Origin: a virus | Taxonomy: Duplodnaviria > Caudoviricetes | Virus record (IMG/VR): IMGVR_UViG_3300038400_000021 | Span: 1-60,800 of that record | Direction: 5' to 3' (one strand) | DNA length: 60,800 bases | Shown: positions 18,056 through 28,493 of the stretch, piece after piece | How the letters are laid out: every line of letters begins with the position of its first letter | Numbering within the stretch: the stretch's first letter is position 1 | Notes under the pieces: model-generated | What the model was told of the DNA's origin: nothing | What the model saw: only the letters and a program-made list of their open reading frames with translations | Database searches by the model: none | Program-made: the position numbers and the translations under genes

Positions 18056-19360
18056 TCACGGGCTCACCGTCACGGTGACTTGGTACTGGATGATCGTGTC
18101 TCCGGTCGTTCCACCGCCGGTGACGTCGATGCGATATGATTTGTCGTTCGCGACAGTGGCGGACAGTCCGGACTTGAACATCAGGATGAACCCAGGGCTG
18201 ACCGCACCGTTGGTAGCCGCGGTTCCGATGTTCGCGTCCACGAGGCTAGCGTCTGTCTCGACCAATACAGCGCTGATCGTCCCGGTAGCGCTGGTTTTCT
18301 GGACCCTGATCGACCACGCCGTAATTACCTCACCGACGCTCACCGTCAGTGGCAGCCAGTTGACCCCGGTGGAGGTTCCAAGAGTGATGTAGCCGCCGCC
18401 GGTCGTCGCGCCGGTGTTGCGCGTCCCTCCGAGGCTGGACGGGACGCCGAACGTTGCCCCAAACGTCCGCGTCTCGGATGCCGACGCGGCGGTCACGACA
18501 CCGGTCGAACTCAGGCGCATGACCTGCGTCGCTGCCGGCAGCGCACCCGGCATCGTGATGTCGTAGTCGGCCGCGAGCGCAGCAGGCGCCTTCAGCTGGA
18601 CTCGGTGCCCGTTGCTGGTGAGGTTCGAGCCTGTCGTCGCGACGGTGCTCGTGCTTGTGACGGCGGCGTTGACCTGGAGGGCAGACGAGAGCGTCAGCGC
18701 GTTTGCAACCGTGTTGCTCGCGCTCAGCACGCCGCTCGAGTCCATCTGCACGAGGCTCGTCGAGCCTGGCGCCGCGAGCGGCATCGTGACCGTGTACGAG
18801 CCTGCGAGCGCGGCGGGTGCCGCGAGTCCGACGAAGATCGTCTCGCTCGTGCCGGTCTCGAACAGGCGCAGGTCGCCGCTCGCGAGGCGCGCCCAGCCGG
18901 TCCCGCTGTTCTGCTTGAACGTGTAGCGGTCGCCCGCGTCGTCGAAGTTCAGCGCGGCCGAGACCGCCACGTAGTCGCCGCCGATGCCGCCCGCGAAGGC
19001 GGCTACGTTGAGGGCAGAACCGTTGGTGAGGCGAACTTGGTTGCCGGAGTTCGAGCGCCAGTAGAGCTCGTTTGCGGCCAGCCCGCTGGTGCCGTCGCTG
19101 ACAAAGAGCGACTTGTTCGTCGAAGTGGCCGCTACTGACGCGAACGAGATGCGATTCGCGGCCGTGATGCCCCATGAACTGTTGAGCGGAAGGTCGGCGT
19201 TGATGTTGATCGCGGCCGGCGTAATGCGAACGCCCTTGCCTGGACCATGATCGTGAGCGTCATAGTTTGCCCACGCGTCGTTGGTCTCGGACCCCCACAC
19301 TCCGGCGTCACCGCCGAGCGTCGGCGTCACCACTCCGGTGTTTGGAAGCGTCGTGGTCAT
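18056..19360 (-). CDS. Tail fibre/tail protein
   Basis: DAHDH..GKG..ITP N-terminus; duplicated L.APAALA..Y..TMP module. Confidence 0.7.
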   Translation of the reverse strand: MTTTLPNTGVVTPTLGGDAGVWGSETNDAWANYDAHDHGPGKGVRITPAAININADLPLNSSWGITAANRISFASVAATSTNKSLFVSDGTSGLAANELYWRSNSGNQVRLTNGSALNVAAFAGGIGGDYVAVSAALNFDDAGDRYTFKQNSGTGWARLASGDLRLFETGTSETIFVGLAAPAALAGSYTVTMPLAAPGSTSLVQMDSSGVLSASNTVANALTLSSALQVNAAVTSTSTVATTGSNLTSNGHRVQLKAPAALAADYDITMPGALPAATQVMRLSSTGVVTAASASETRTFGATFGVPSSLGGTRNTGATTGGGYITLGTSTGVNWLPLTVSVGEVITAWSIRVQKTSATGTISAVLVETDASLVDANIGTAATNGAVSPGFILMFKSGLSATVANDKSYRIDVTGGGTTGDTIIQYQVTVTVSP

Positions 19361-19702
19361 CTACCAAACCTCCACCCGCGCGCCGGGCTGCGCGGCGCCG
19401 ACGACGGTGACCCAGACCTCGAGATCCGGCCGTGGGTTCGAGTCGCTGATCGCGTGCGCGAACGCGGCGTCCGCGACGGTCGCGACGAGCGTGTATCCCG
19501 CGGCGGCGCGTCCGAGCCCATGGCGCACCTTGTTGGTGCCGATGACCAGGTCCTGGGTGACGACGACGCGCGACCGAGACGCCTGCAGGCTCTGGACGGC
19601 GTCGCTCACCTGGTCCAGCGCCCGCGCAGTCTGCGGGTCATCGACCTGCACAGGACCGAGCGTGCGGAACGACGAGGGCCGCCTGATTGCGCGCCCCGCC
19701 AT
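19361..19702 (-). CDS. Small tail/virion protein
   Basis: V.HGLGR motif; TGATG coupling. Confidence 0.6.
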   Translation of the reverse strand: MAGRAIRRPSSFRTLGPVQVDDPQTARALDQVSDAVQSLQASRSRVVVTQDLVIGTNKVRHGLGRAAAGYTLVATVADAAFAHAISDSNPRPDLEVWVTVVGAAQPGARVEVW

Positions 19703-20358
19703 CACCGCCACCTCTCGTCACGGTCGATTTCCTGATCCCACATGCACTCGCGGATCGGGATGTAGTCGGGCTCCTGCGCCTTGCGCTGGCTCGCACCGGC
19801 CGTGATGACCGCGCGCGCCTTCTCGAGCTGGCGCTCCCACGCCGTGATGTCGCGCTCGCTGTTCGCCGCGAGCCGGACGAGCGCGCCGTAGATGACGAAC
19901 TCTTCCCAGCCGTTGTAGAACTCGCGCGCGGCGCTCAGCGTCGGAGCGACCGGGGTGTAAACGAAGCGCAGCGTGTACACCGCATCCGGAGTCGGATACA
20001 GGTCCACGCCGCGATCGGTGGGGCGGAATGCGATGGGCTTTCCGCTCACCGAGAACGAGTCGATGTCGTCGATGCCGATCTGGTCGATGGGCACATACGA
20101 CGACCCGTCGAGACGGCTGATCTTGCGGATGATCCAAGTGCCGGTGGGAAGCGCCACGAAGTCGACGGCCGCTGTGGTGGTCGCCGTTCCCGTGGTGTCC
20201 CAAAAGCCCTGGTTCGTCTCCGCGATCAGCTGATACAGCTCCGCCCACGCCGCTTGGATCTCGGTCGTCAGGTTCGCGTCCGGGAAGCGGATGCTCGAGC
20301 GCATGTCGCCGCGGAAGCGGACGATCGAGATGATGCTGGCGAGGGACTGGAGGCTCAC
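19702..20358 (-). CDS. Head-tail adaptor (tubular protein A-like)
   Basis: GTG start overlapping upstream stop; LYPTPDAVYTLRFVY and WEEFVIYGAL motifs. Confidence 0.7.
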   Translation of the reverse strand: MSLQSLASIISIVRFRGDMRSSIRFPDANLTTEIQAAWAELYQLIAETNQGFWDTTGTATTTAAVDFVALPTGTWIIRKISRLDGSSYVPIDQIGIDDIDSFSVSGKPIAFRPTDRGVDLYPTPDAVYTLRFVYTPVAPTLSAAREFYNGWEEFVIYGALVRLAANSERDITAWERQLEKARAVITAGASQRKAQEPDYIPIRECMWDQEIDRDERWR

Positions 20359-21080
20359 GACAGCGTGCAGCCGTTCTGGTAGATCACCGACCAGGCCGAC
20401 CCGGTCCACTCGAGGACGGCGCAGTCGCCGACCACGGTGGCCGACGCGACCACGCCGACCGCGCCGAGGTGCGTATACGCCTCGTTGATCATGCCCTTGA
20501 ACACGCCATCGATGCTGCCGACCGGGATCGAAGCCGCCGTTGAGCAGGTGACGATGCACCGCTCACCGACCGCGCTGCCGTTGGGGAGCGCGCTGGTGCC
20601 GGTCGACGACACCGTGCCGGTCACCGACAGGCAGTAGCGGAGCCACAGGTTGAGGCCGGTCAGCACGGTCGTGCCGACCACCACGTTGTCCGCGGCGCCG
20701 CCGGAGCGCTGGACGCGCGTCGCGCGCCAGAGCAGGCCGGAAGTGGCCTGCAGTTCGATCGCTTGACCGACGTCCGTGAACGTGAAGGTAGACGAGCAGA
20801 CGAACCCGGCCGTGGTGTCAGGGCTGGAGACCGTGACGGTACCGAGCGGCGTGGAGGCCGCCGAGACGCACACGATGCGCTTGCGCTGGCCTGCGACGGT
20901 CGGCGCGGCGAGCGTGTACGCCTTCGTGCCCGAGACGGTCAGCTCGGTCACGTAGGTGTTGAGGTCGAGCGCCCCGGCCGCGGAGACCGCATCCACGCCG
21001 CCGCTGAGCGCGGCGCGCAGGTGACCGATGGCCGAGGTGTCGAAGTTGCCGACGGCGAACAGTTCGGTTTCGGACAGCAT
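20355..21080 (-). CDS. Virion structural protein (capsid decoration/fibre-like)
   Basis: Thr/Gly-rich, downstream of the major capsid gene. Confidence 0.6.
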   Translation of the reverse strand: MLSETELFAVGNFDTSAIGHLRAALSGGVDAVSAAGALDLNTYVTELTVSGTKAYTLAAPTVAGQRKRIVCVSAASTPLGTVTVSSPDTTAGFVCSSTFTFTDVGQAIELQATSGLLWRATRVQRSGGAADNVVVGTTVLTGLNLWLRYCLSVTGTVSSTGTSALPNGSAVGERCIVTCSTAASIPVGSIDGVFKGMINEAYTHLGAVGVVASATVVGDCAVLEWTGSAWSVIYQNGCTLS

Positions 21081-21081
21081 G

Positions 21082-21471
21082 TTACGAGTTCTTTCCCGAG
21101 TCGCGAGCGACCCAGAGCAGGTGGATGGAATCGGTGGTTGCGGGGTCAGTGACGGTGTTGCCGACGCTCAGGCGGATCCGCCCCGTCTTCGCGGTGACGT
21201 CGAACGAGACCCAGCCGACCATGAGGCCGACGGTGGTCCCGGTGACGACGCCGATCGGGTTGCACTTGGGCTCGGGGAACGAGCGTCGAAAGACGATGTC
21301 GAAGAGGCCGGTCGACACGAACGTCGCCGACACGATCTCTCCGCCGCCCATGATCGCGCTGTCCGCGTTGACCATGCTGACGCCGGCACCGCCGCCGGTG
21401 AGCCGAGCCGTGGCGATGATCATGTCGGTCTTGAGACCGCAGACCGGCTCTTCGCGAGTTTGAGGATTCAT
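21082..21471 (-). CDS. Putative capsid-associated protein
   Basis: GAGGAG RBS; directly after the major capsid gene. Confidence 0.6.
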   Translation of the reverse strand: MNPQTREEPVCGLKTDMIIATARLTGGGAGVSMVNADSAIMGGGEIVSATFVSTGLFDIVFRRSFPEPKCNPIGVVTGTTVGLMVGWVSFDVTAKTGRIRLSVGNTVTDPATTDSIHLLWVARDSGKNS

Positions 21472-21482
21472 GACCGGTCTCC

Positions 21483-22757
21483 TCAGGTGCTCGGGTTGAT
21501 CTTCGCGTTCCAGTTCCAGCCCGGCGCCGAGCAGCCGACGTTCTGGTAGGACGCGAGACGGGCTTCCGCCGAATCCTCGTTCTGCGAGGGCTGGAGGCGG
21601 TTGCCGGTGTACGACTCGCCGAGCCAGTTGATCAGCTCGCCGGTGTACCAGACGGTCCACGTGTCGAGCTGCAGGCCGGTGAGGCGGTTCGAGGGGCAGT
21701 TGCGGTCCGGGTAGATCCGCACCGTGCGGCCACCGACGATCGCCTTGTAGCCGCTGAACCCGACGATGATGTCGCCGGTGTCCTCGCTGCGAAGCGACGT
21801 GGTGAGCTCGCCGATGATGCGCATCTTCGAGTTCGAGATCAGCTCGAGGTCGGAGAGCGACTCGGGATTGGCGAGGATGTGCGACGTCTTCGCGCCGTAC
21901 TTGCCGGCCTTGCCCGTCGCTTTGATGATGACCTCGTCGAGGCCACCAGCGGCGGTGCCGTCGTAGAAGATGCCGCCCAGGTAGACCGGGGCGATCGCGC
22001 GGCTCGGCACGCCGTTGAACGTCGCGGCAAGCTTGGTTGCGCGGTTGTCGACCGGAAGCCAGTCCTCGATGCCCGCAAGGCAGGCGTTGTAGTCACCGCG
22101 CGGGAACACGAAAGACGAAGTCGTGATGCCGGCGATCTTCACGCCGAGGTTGTCGGCGACCGTGACGGTGCCGGCCTCGTGGTCGACCGCGGTGACGGTC
22201 GTGGTGTCGCCGCCGTCGAGCAGCGTGCCCGTGCCGTCCGTGGTCGAGAACTGCAGGACCTGGTTGATCTGGTAGTTGAACACCGCCGCGTTGTCGGTGA
22301 ACGACAGCGTGGTCGTGTTCGTCGAGGCGATCGCGAGCTGGCCGATATTGCCGCCCTGGGTGCGGTACAGCCGGCGACCGATCTTCTCGCCGAGACTCTT
22401 AAAGCCGCGGTCGAACTCCTTCATGGAGCTGACGTACGCGTCGGACTTGCGGGCCGTCGCGAACAGCAGCTCGTGGTTCACCTGGATGCGCTGGTACTGC
22501 TTCTTGCGCGGGATGAAGAAGTCCTCGTACTGCGAGACGAAGTTGTCGGTCATCGCGTCGCCGAAGTCGGCGCTGGCGCCGCCCGGGTTGCCGAACTCGA
22601 CGGGCTGGATGTACCGGCGCCCGCCGGCCATCGTTCCCTGCTCCTTCGCCATGAAGGCGAACAGGGGGTTCTCCCCGTAGCTCTGCTCGAGGATTCGCTC
22701 GGTGGTGTAGACTTCCTTGAGGAAGGCGTCTTGATTCGCTAGCGTATGTGCGGTCAC
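21483..22757 (-). CDS. Major capsid protein
   Basis: 424 aa after scaffold; LKEVY..ENPLF, RI.PDRNCP, Y.N.GC.APG.N motifs; strong AAGGAG RBS. Confidence 0.85.
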   Translation of the reverse strand: MTAHTLANQDAFLKEVYTTERILEQSYGENPLFAFMAKEQGTMAGGRRYIQPVEFGNPGGASADFGDAMTDNFVSQYEDFFIPRKKQYQRIQVNHELLFATARKSDAYVSSMKEFDRGFKSLGEKIGRRLYRTQGGNIGQLAIASTNTTTLSFTDNAAVFNYQINQVLQFSTTDGTGTLLDGGDTTTVTAVDHEAGTVTVADNLGVKIAGITTSSFVFPRGDYNACLAGIEDWLPVDNRATKLAATFNGVPSRAIAPVYLGGIFYDGTAAGGLDEVIIKATGKAGKYGAKTSHILANPESLSDLELISNSKMRIIGELTTSLRSEDTGDIIVGFSGYKAIVGGRTVRIYPDRNCPSNRLTGLQLDTWTVWYTGELINWLGESYTGNRLQPSQNEDSAEARLASYQNVGCSAPGWNWNAKINPST

Positions 22758-22792
22758 GTGTTGTGCTCCTTGTGGGGAGCACCGCGAGTCAG

Positions 22793-24103
22793 CTACCGGA
22801 TCGGTTCACCCGAGTGCTTGGCGATGAGCATGCGGACACGCTCCTTTTCGTTGCGCCATGGCTTCGCGGGTGTCTGCGTCGGCGCTGGCTGTGCTGCCGG
22901 TGGTGTTGCGGGTGCAACACTCGCGCTCGCGTTCGTGATGGTTCGGGGCCCGGTTCCCTGTGGCTCCGCTTTTTGATCCGTCGCTACGGTTGCTTGAGTT
23001 GGCGTGGCGGTGCTGGTCGGTGCCTTCTGCGTTGCCTTGCTGATCTTCTCGGCAAGGACTTGGTAGTGAGACTCGATCCGGCGGGATGCCTGATCGATCA
23101 AAGCGTTGTCCTGCTCGCGCGTGGTGGGGTTCGCGTACTCGCCGGTCTTGAGGCCGCGGCTGATCTCTTTCCACAGCAGGACCTCGGGCTTCATGCCGTC
23201 GAAGTCCTCGCTGAGCGAGCGGAGCAGCGGGTACTTGGTGACGTGGTCGCCCTCGCCGATCATGCGCGCGACCACCGCGGACTTCTGCGCCAGCTCCTGA
23301 TCGACGGCCGGCTCGGCGGGCTTCTGCGCTTCCTGCGTGCGGTCGCGCTTGTCGCGAGCGAGCAGGTGCTTGACGCGCTCGGACTCGCGCTGGGCCTTGA
23401 TGCTGGGGTCGAGCGGCACGCCCAGCTCTCGCTCGGTGAGGTCGTGGTAGAGCCACGTCAGGTGCTTGTCGACGTCGGGATGCTTGGGGTCGTCGACGCC
23501 CAGTGCGGTCGCAATGACCTTGCGGACGGCGCCCACCGAGTCGTCGATGATGGTCCGCTCGGCCTCGTCCAGGGCCTTTTCGCGCGCCGTGGGCTCGCCC
23601 CGGGCCGATCGACTGCGCAGCTGCTCGAGCTCGGTCACGAGCTTCTGGTTGTGCTCGGCGAGCCGGTCCGCGCGGGACCGGTGCTCGGCGATCGCGTCCT
23701 CGGTCGACTTGTCGGGGGCCGCGGTTGCCGCAGCGGTCGGCGCGACCTGCGGGGCCCCTGTCGGGGTGGCCGGGGCTGCGGGCGCCGGTGCCGCTGCAGC
23801 AGGCGGCGCATCGTTGGCGACCACGGCGGGCGGGTCGTCGGACACCGTGCCGTGCTTGTCGATGTTGTCGAGCATCTTCTGCGCGCCGGCCGGCAGGGAG
23901 CGACCGAGGCGCTTGCCGATCGTCATGGTCTCCTGCTCGACCGGCGCGTTACCTGTGGTCTCGCGGACCGGCTCGGAGAACCCGGACGTGCGCGAGCCGA
24001 CGGTGATCGACTCGTGGAGCTGACCACGCGCGGTGTGCGAGTTGCCGACCGATGGACGCGATCCGCCGACGGGCGCAAGCTCCTCAACGACCTCGACGCT
24101 CAT
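22793..24103 (-). CDS. Scaffolding protein
   Basis: Between portal and capsid; charged helical with Pro/Ala linkers and basic C-terminal helix. Confidence 0.7.
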   Translation of the reverse strand: MSVEVVEELAPVGGSRPSVGNSHTARGQLHESITVGSRTSGFSEPVRETTGNAPVEQETMTIGKRLGRSLPAGAQKMLDNIDKHGTVSDDPPAVVANDAPPAAAAPAPAAPATPTGAPQVAPTAAATAAPDKSTEDAIAEHRSRADRLAEHNQKLVTELEQLRSRSARGEPTAREKALDEAERTIIDDSVGAVRKVIATALGVDDPKHPDVDKHLTWLYHDLTERELGVPLDPSIKAQRESERVKHLLARDKRDRTQEAQKPAEPAVDQELAQKSAVVARMIGEGDHVTKYPLLRSLSEDFDGMKPEVLLWKEISRGLKTGEYANPTTREQDNALIDQASRRIESHYQVLAEKISKATQKAPTSTATPTQATVATDQKAEPQGTGPRTITNASASVAPATPPAAQPAPTQTPAKPWRNEKERVRMLIAKHSGEPIR

Positions 24104-24378
24104 CGGTCACCCTCCTGGCCCTCGAGGGAGAGCGCCCGAACCCACGCTGGCATCGTCTTGCGCGGCAGGTTGCCGAGCGAGTCCTGCTCGCCCCAGTTCC
24201 AGTCCACATCGTCGCTTGGTGCACACTCGTACTGCTCGAACTGTCGACCGTCGGTGTCGACCATCGACTTCGCAGAGACGCGCGCGATGCACGGGATACC
24301 GAGCGAGTACTTGGACTCGTCGTGCCGCACCTGAATGGGGCGGGCCAGCGGGAACGGGTGGAAGATCTCGTCGTTCAT
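24100..24378 (-). CDS. Hypothetical protein
   Basis: Coupled ORF between portal and scaffold. Confidence 0.55.
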   Translation of the reverse strand: MNDEIFHPFPLARPIQVRHDESKYSLGIPCIARVSAKSMVDTDGRQFEQYECAPSDDVDWNWGEQDSLGNLPRKTMPAWVRALSLEGQEGDR

Positions 24379-24384
24379 TGAACC

Positions 24385-26358
24385 TCAGGCCGCCATCGGC
24401 ACTGGGCCGGGCAGCGGTGGCGCCCCGGGCGGGGCAAGCATGGGGGCGCCCAGCGGCGCGCCGATCGGCGTGGGCGGCATGACGGGGCCCTGCGGCATCA
24501 GCGGAACGCCGCCGGGCATGGGCTGCTCGGCAGGCGCCATCGCCGGCGGTGCGGCGGCGGGACCCTTCGCCTTGAGCGCCTCGGTGACGAGGTCACAGTA
24601 CGTGCGGTAGCGCTCCTGGATCTCGGGACCGGCGTTCTCGCACTGGATCCAGTTGTAGAACGCGACCGAGACCTTCAGCTCGATGTCCAGGTCGTTGTAC
24701 TGCTCGGGCATCGGCAGGGGCTCGTCGACCTCGGCGAGCAGGTCCATCTTGCGCAGGCAGTTCTTGAGCGGCGCGAGCAGGATGCGATTCGCCTCGGCCA
24801 AATCAGGCTCATCGAACAGCATCGGCACGAGCCACTGCGGGATAACGCCGGCCTTGGCCAGTTGCTCGACCACGGCGATCTTACCGGCGCGGGTGTCGGG
24901 GATGAACCCGATCGGCTCGATGCGAAGCCGGTAGCTGCCCTCCTTGAGCACGACCTTCGAATAGTCGAGCTGCTGGATGGCATCGCGGCTCTTCCACGTC
25001 GTGGCGACCCAGGACCGCTTCTCGCCCTTGCCCTCGTAGCGACGCCGGGCGACTCGTGCGCTCGCGTCGAGGTAGCACTGGCCGCCGTGCATCCGGTAGC
25101 GCGCGTAGTTCGCCTGTGGGATGCGGAACCGGTCGCTGTCGATGTCATACTGCGTGTCGAGCGCGACGCCCGAGGCGCCAGCGCCTAGCGAGGACTTCGA
25201 CTCGGCGTTGGCCCTCGAGACACCCGACAGGTCGAACATCCAGCCGATGAACTTGTCGAGCGCGCTCATCTGCGCGACGTTGTAGGGCTGCGGCGCGATG
25301 TATTGCGGTGGCTGCGGTCCGTTGAAGTTGACCTTGTAGGGCGACGCGCCGGCCAGCATCTCGACGGGGATGTCGTTGGCCTTGTTGACCATCCAGATCC
25401 CACGGCCCGTCGCGGCGAGGTTCAGCTGGATGTCGCGCACGATCAGGTTCACGCGGTGCTGGAGGCCGATCAGCAGGTCGACAAAGCCCTCCGGGTAGAG
25501 GCCCCAGTCCGGGTCGCCCAGCTGGAACATCGACCACGGGAACCGCGGCTCGTGCCACTGCTCGGACACCAGCGTCTTGCCCTCGACACAGAGCACGTGC
25601 CGGCCGATGTCGCTGTCCGGAACCATCGGCGGGAACCAGGCTTCCCAAGTGTCGACGTACTGATCGAGGTCGCCCGCCTTGGGCCCGTCGCCGTCCGCAT
25701 CGGAGTCGTCCTTGCGGCGCAGCGACGCGGGTGTCCGCTCGAGGATCCACTCGGCGTGCTTGGGGAATAGCTCGGCCAGGTGATCCCGGGCGACGCGCTG
25801 GATCCGGATCGCCTGGCGCGGCTTGCCGTACTTGAGCTCGCGCCGGTCGAACAGCAGATCGTTGACCGGAATGCGTTCGGCGATCACCGCCTCGTCGCTG
25901 TCGTCAACGCGCGTGAACCCGATGCCGAGCTTCACGCCGTCCTGGAGCGCGCGAGTCGACAGCGCGTCGAACTCGGTGTCTCGCATCTGGCCGACGATGA
26001 ACTCGCGGTACTTCTTGGCGCGCTTCTTCAGCTCGAAGTCGCTGTCATCGACGACGATGCCCGGCATCGGCCGGTCCTTCGACAGCCGCGATGCGAACGT
26101 GTCGCCGATCGCCTTGATCGCGTTGAGTCGCGCGATGCCGAGCCCGGCGCCCGAGAGCGCCGCGATCGCCAGCTTCTGGCTCTGTAGGTCGACGCCGCGG
26201 TAGACCCGCTCACGCGTCAGATTCTTCGCGTGAAAGTTCGCCTCGCGCGTGAGCAGGGCCCGGCCATACGGGACCACGCGCTCGTGCACGGGCTCGCCCA
26301 CCTTCGCGCGGTACCACTGTTCGTCGCGCTGAGCTGTGGGGTTGTAGCTTGGGGCCAT
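24385..26358 (-). CDS. Portal protein
   Basis: 657 aa; position after terminase; LSGVS..A.S...GASG.AL motif; Pro-rich tail. Confidence 0.85.
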   Translation of the reverse strand: MAPSYNPTAQRDEQWYRAKVGEPVHERVVPYGRALLTREANFHAKNLTRERVYRGVDLQSQKLAIAALSGAGLGIARLNAIKAIGDTFASRLSKDRPMPGIVVDDSDFELKKRAKKYREFIVGQMRDTEFDALSTRALQDGVKLGIGFTRVDDSDEAVIAERIPVNDLLFDRRELKYGKPRQAIRIQRVARDHLAELFPKHAEWILERTPASLRRKDDSDADGDGPKAGDLDQYVDTWEAWFPPMVPDSDIGRHVLCVEGKTLVSEQWHEPRFPWSMFQLGDPDWGLYPEGFVDLLIGLQHRVNLIVRDIQLNLAATGRGIWMVNKANDIPVEMLAGASPYKVNFNGPQPPQYIAPQPYNVAQMSALDKFIGWMFDLSGVSRANAESKSSLGAGASGVALDTQYDIDSDRFRIPQANYARYRMHGGQCYLDASARVARRRYEGKGEKRSWVATTWKSRDAIQQLDYSKVVLKEGSYRLRIEPIGFIPDTRAGKIAVVEQLAKAGVIPQWLVPMLFDEPDLAEANRILLAPLKNCLRKMDLLAEVDEPLPMPEQYNDLDIELKVSVAFYNWIQCENAGPEIQERYRTYCDLVTEALKAKGPAAAPPAMAPAEQPMPGGVPLMPQGPVMPPTPIGAPLGAPMLAPPGAPPLPGPVPMAA

Positions 26359-26402
26359 GGCAAGGGACGCGTGGTCCCTTTGCCTGTGGACCGATGTGAT
26401 TT

Positions 26403-26437
26403 GCGAGTAGGCTTACACGACTCGCGGTGGAGTGCAA
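26403..26437 (-). promoter_or_regulatory. Candidate late promoter TTGCAC-17-AAGCCT with GCGAGT/ACTCGC inverted repeat around the -10
   Basis: Intergenic region upstream of the portal gene. Confidence 0.5.
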
Positions 26438-26446
26438 GAGGGTCGT

Positions 26447-28493
26447 TCAGGTGCGGCGCGGCATGCCGTGGGGCGCATAGACCTGAGAGAGGGCTTCGGT
26501 CGCGGACCAGACCTCGAAGAACCACGGACGGTCCGGCCAGATACCGACCATGCTCCGCTCGAGGATCGGCGTGATGGCGTCGGCGAGTCCCTCGACGTTC
26601 GTCCACTGGCTTTCAACTCGCGCTGTCATGTAGGCAGCAATGGCGATCTGCCGGAGCGTAGTGCGCGAAGCTGGTCCGCTGGTGACCTCGAGTCCCATCT
26701 CGATGCTGCCGTCTGGAATCTCGACGGAGCAGCGGATGTAGCGCTCGATGGGCGGCGCCGGGATCGGGATGTATCCGGCAAGTCCGGTCAGTTGCGATGG
26801 ATCAACCTGTACGTTGTCCACGCCCCAGAACGGCTCACGCCGCGCAGCGGCGGCCATCAACTGATCGTCGGCGTCGCAACGCTGCTTCGCGACTTCCATC
26901 TCGCGGTCCCATGCATCCTGCATCGCGGTCTTGCGGATCGGCCGCGTGTCGATGTCGTCAGGGGCGAAGACTGGTTTGTCGATGTCGGTCTGGCTCATTC
27001 GTCTCCCTCGTACCCGGCCGCGCGCCACGGCCCTGGGTCGTTCTCCGCGCCGCCGCCGCCCTCGTCTTGTCGAAGGTCGGTGATCTGCGTCATGATCGAT
27101 CCGACCTGCACCGTCGGGCCGATGCGGAACCCGCGCTTGCGCCCGTACTCGAGCAGCGCGATCAACTGGGCGAGGTCGGAGTCAGCCGACGGGACGGGCA
27201 GCGCATTGCCGTCCTCGTCGGACTCGATGGGGCCGGTGGGAGGCTTCATGGAAACAGCTCCGGGATGCGGGCCAGGGCGGCGGCCATCCCACTCTGCACG
27301 GCGTCGATGCACCCATCCACGTATCGGGCGTGTTCACGGCGCTTCCATCGACGGAAGGCGTTCTCGACGATCGCGTACGCCGCGCGCCACTGTCCGCTGG
27401 GCTGAGGCTCAGCGTCGTTGGCGGCCTCGAGTTGGTCATGCGCGGTGTTGATCAGTTCGCAGATGCTATCCGCGTCCAGCGTGGAGTCCATCGCCGCTGC
27501 GGCACGGTGCTGAAGGTCAACGGCGCTGCGCCATGTGCTCATTGGAGCCCCTGTGCGGTCTCGTCGGCCATCTCCGCTGCGTCCTGCCAGGGCATCACGA
27601 GCGCCAGCGTCTTGGCGAGCGTGTTCGGCGTCAGCTGGACCGGGAAGCCGTCGCGCAGCCCGCGGTTCTGCGGGCAGGTCGCGTAGGGCTGCTGGTGTGG
27701 GTCGAGTACAGCGCGGCCATCGAGCGTGACGAGCTCGAGCGCTTCATGGGTGCAATAACCCGCAAACGCCGCAGCGAACCACTGCCGCGCGAGTGTCTCG
27801 CCGGGCCAGTACGTGAGCACCACGTTCGAGATCGCGAAGTCCCGCATCGTGTGGCCGTCGGTCGTGCACGCGGTCGCGTCCAGGCCGACGTACAGGACCG
27901 GTGGATCGCCGTCGCTGACGCGCAGCACGACCTTGGACCAGCCGTTGGGGTGGCGCACGGTCAGCGCAGAGAGCGCTGCGCGCCACTGGTCGGCGAGGGT
28001 CATCGGTCGCCTCTGCCAAGCCTCGTGAACTCGATGCGCCCAAGCTTCGGCGCCACGAATGTCCCGTCCTGCTTGCTCATCCGAACGCGGACGTCATGCG
28101 GATCCATCGAACAGTCAAAGCACCAAACCACGCCCGGCCGCTGGCAGCGCCCCGCGGGCATCGGTTGTTCGCACCGTGGGCAATTCGGCAAGCTCATCGC
28201 TCGCTCCTATCCTCGTCGCCTGGGTCGTGGCCATCCGGCATCCACCGATGCATGTCGACGTCGGCGCATTCGCGGTCGTACATGACCAGCGCGACGGCCT
28301 TGTCAACGACCGCGGACCGCATGTCGTTGGACGGTGGGTAGTCGATTCCGAGTGCGCGACAGGCGACGAGACGAGCGCCAGCATTGGCCATCGACCGGAA
28401 CGCCGGATCGCTCCGCATCGCTGCACAGAACTGCTCGCGCGTTACCAAGAACGTGCCGTCACTGGTAGTCGTAGGCATTGAATACTCCTCCAT
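26447..28493 (-). CDS. Cluster of six coupled hypothetical genes (26447-26998, 26995-27249, 27246-27542, 27539-28003 with HEALE motif, 28000-28197 CxxC, 28194-28493)
   Basis: Successive ATGA stop/start overlaps. Confidence 0.6.
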
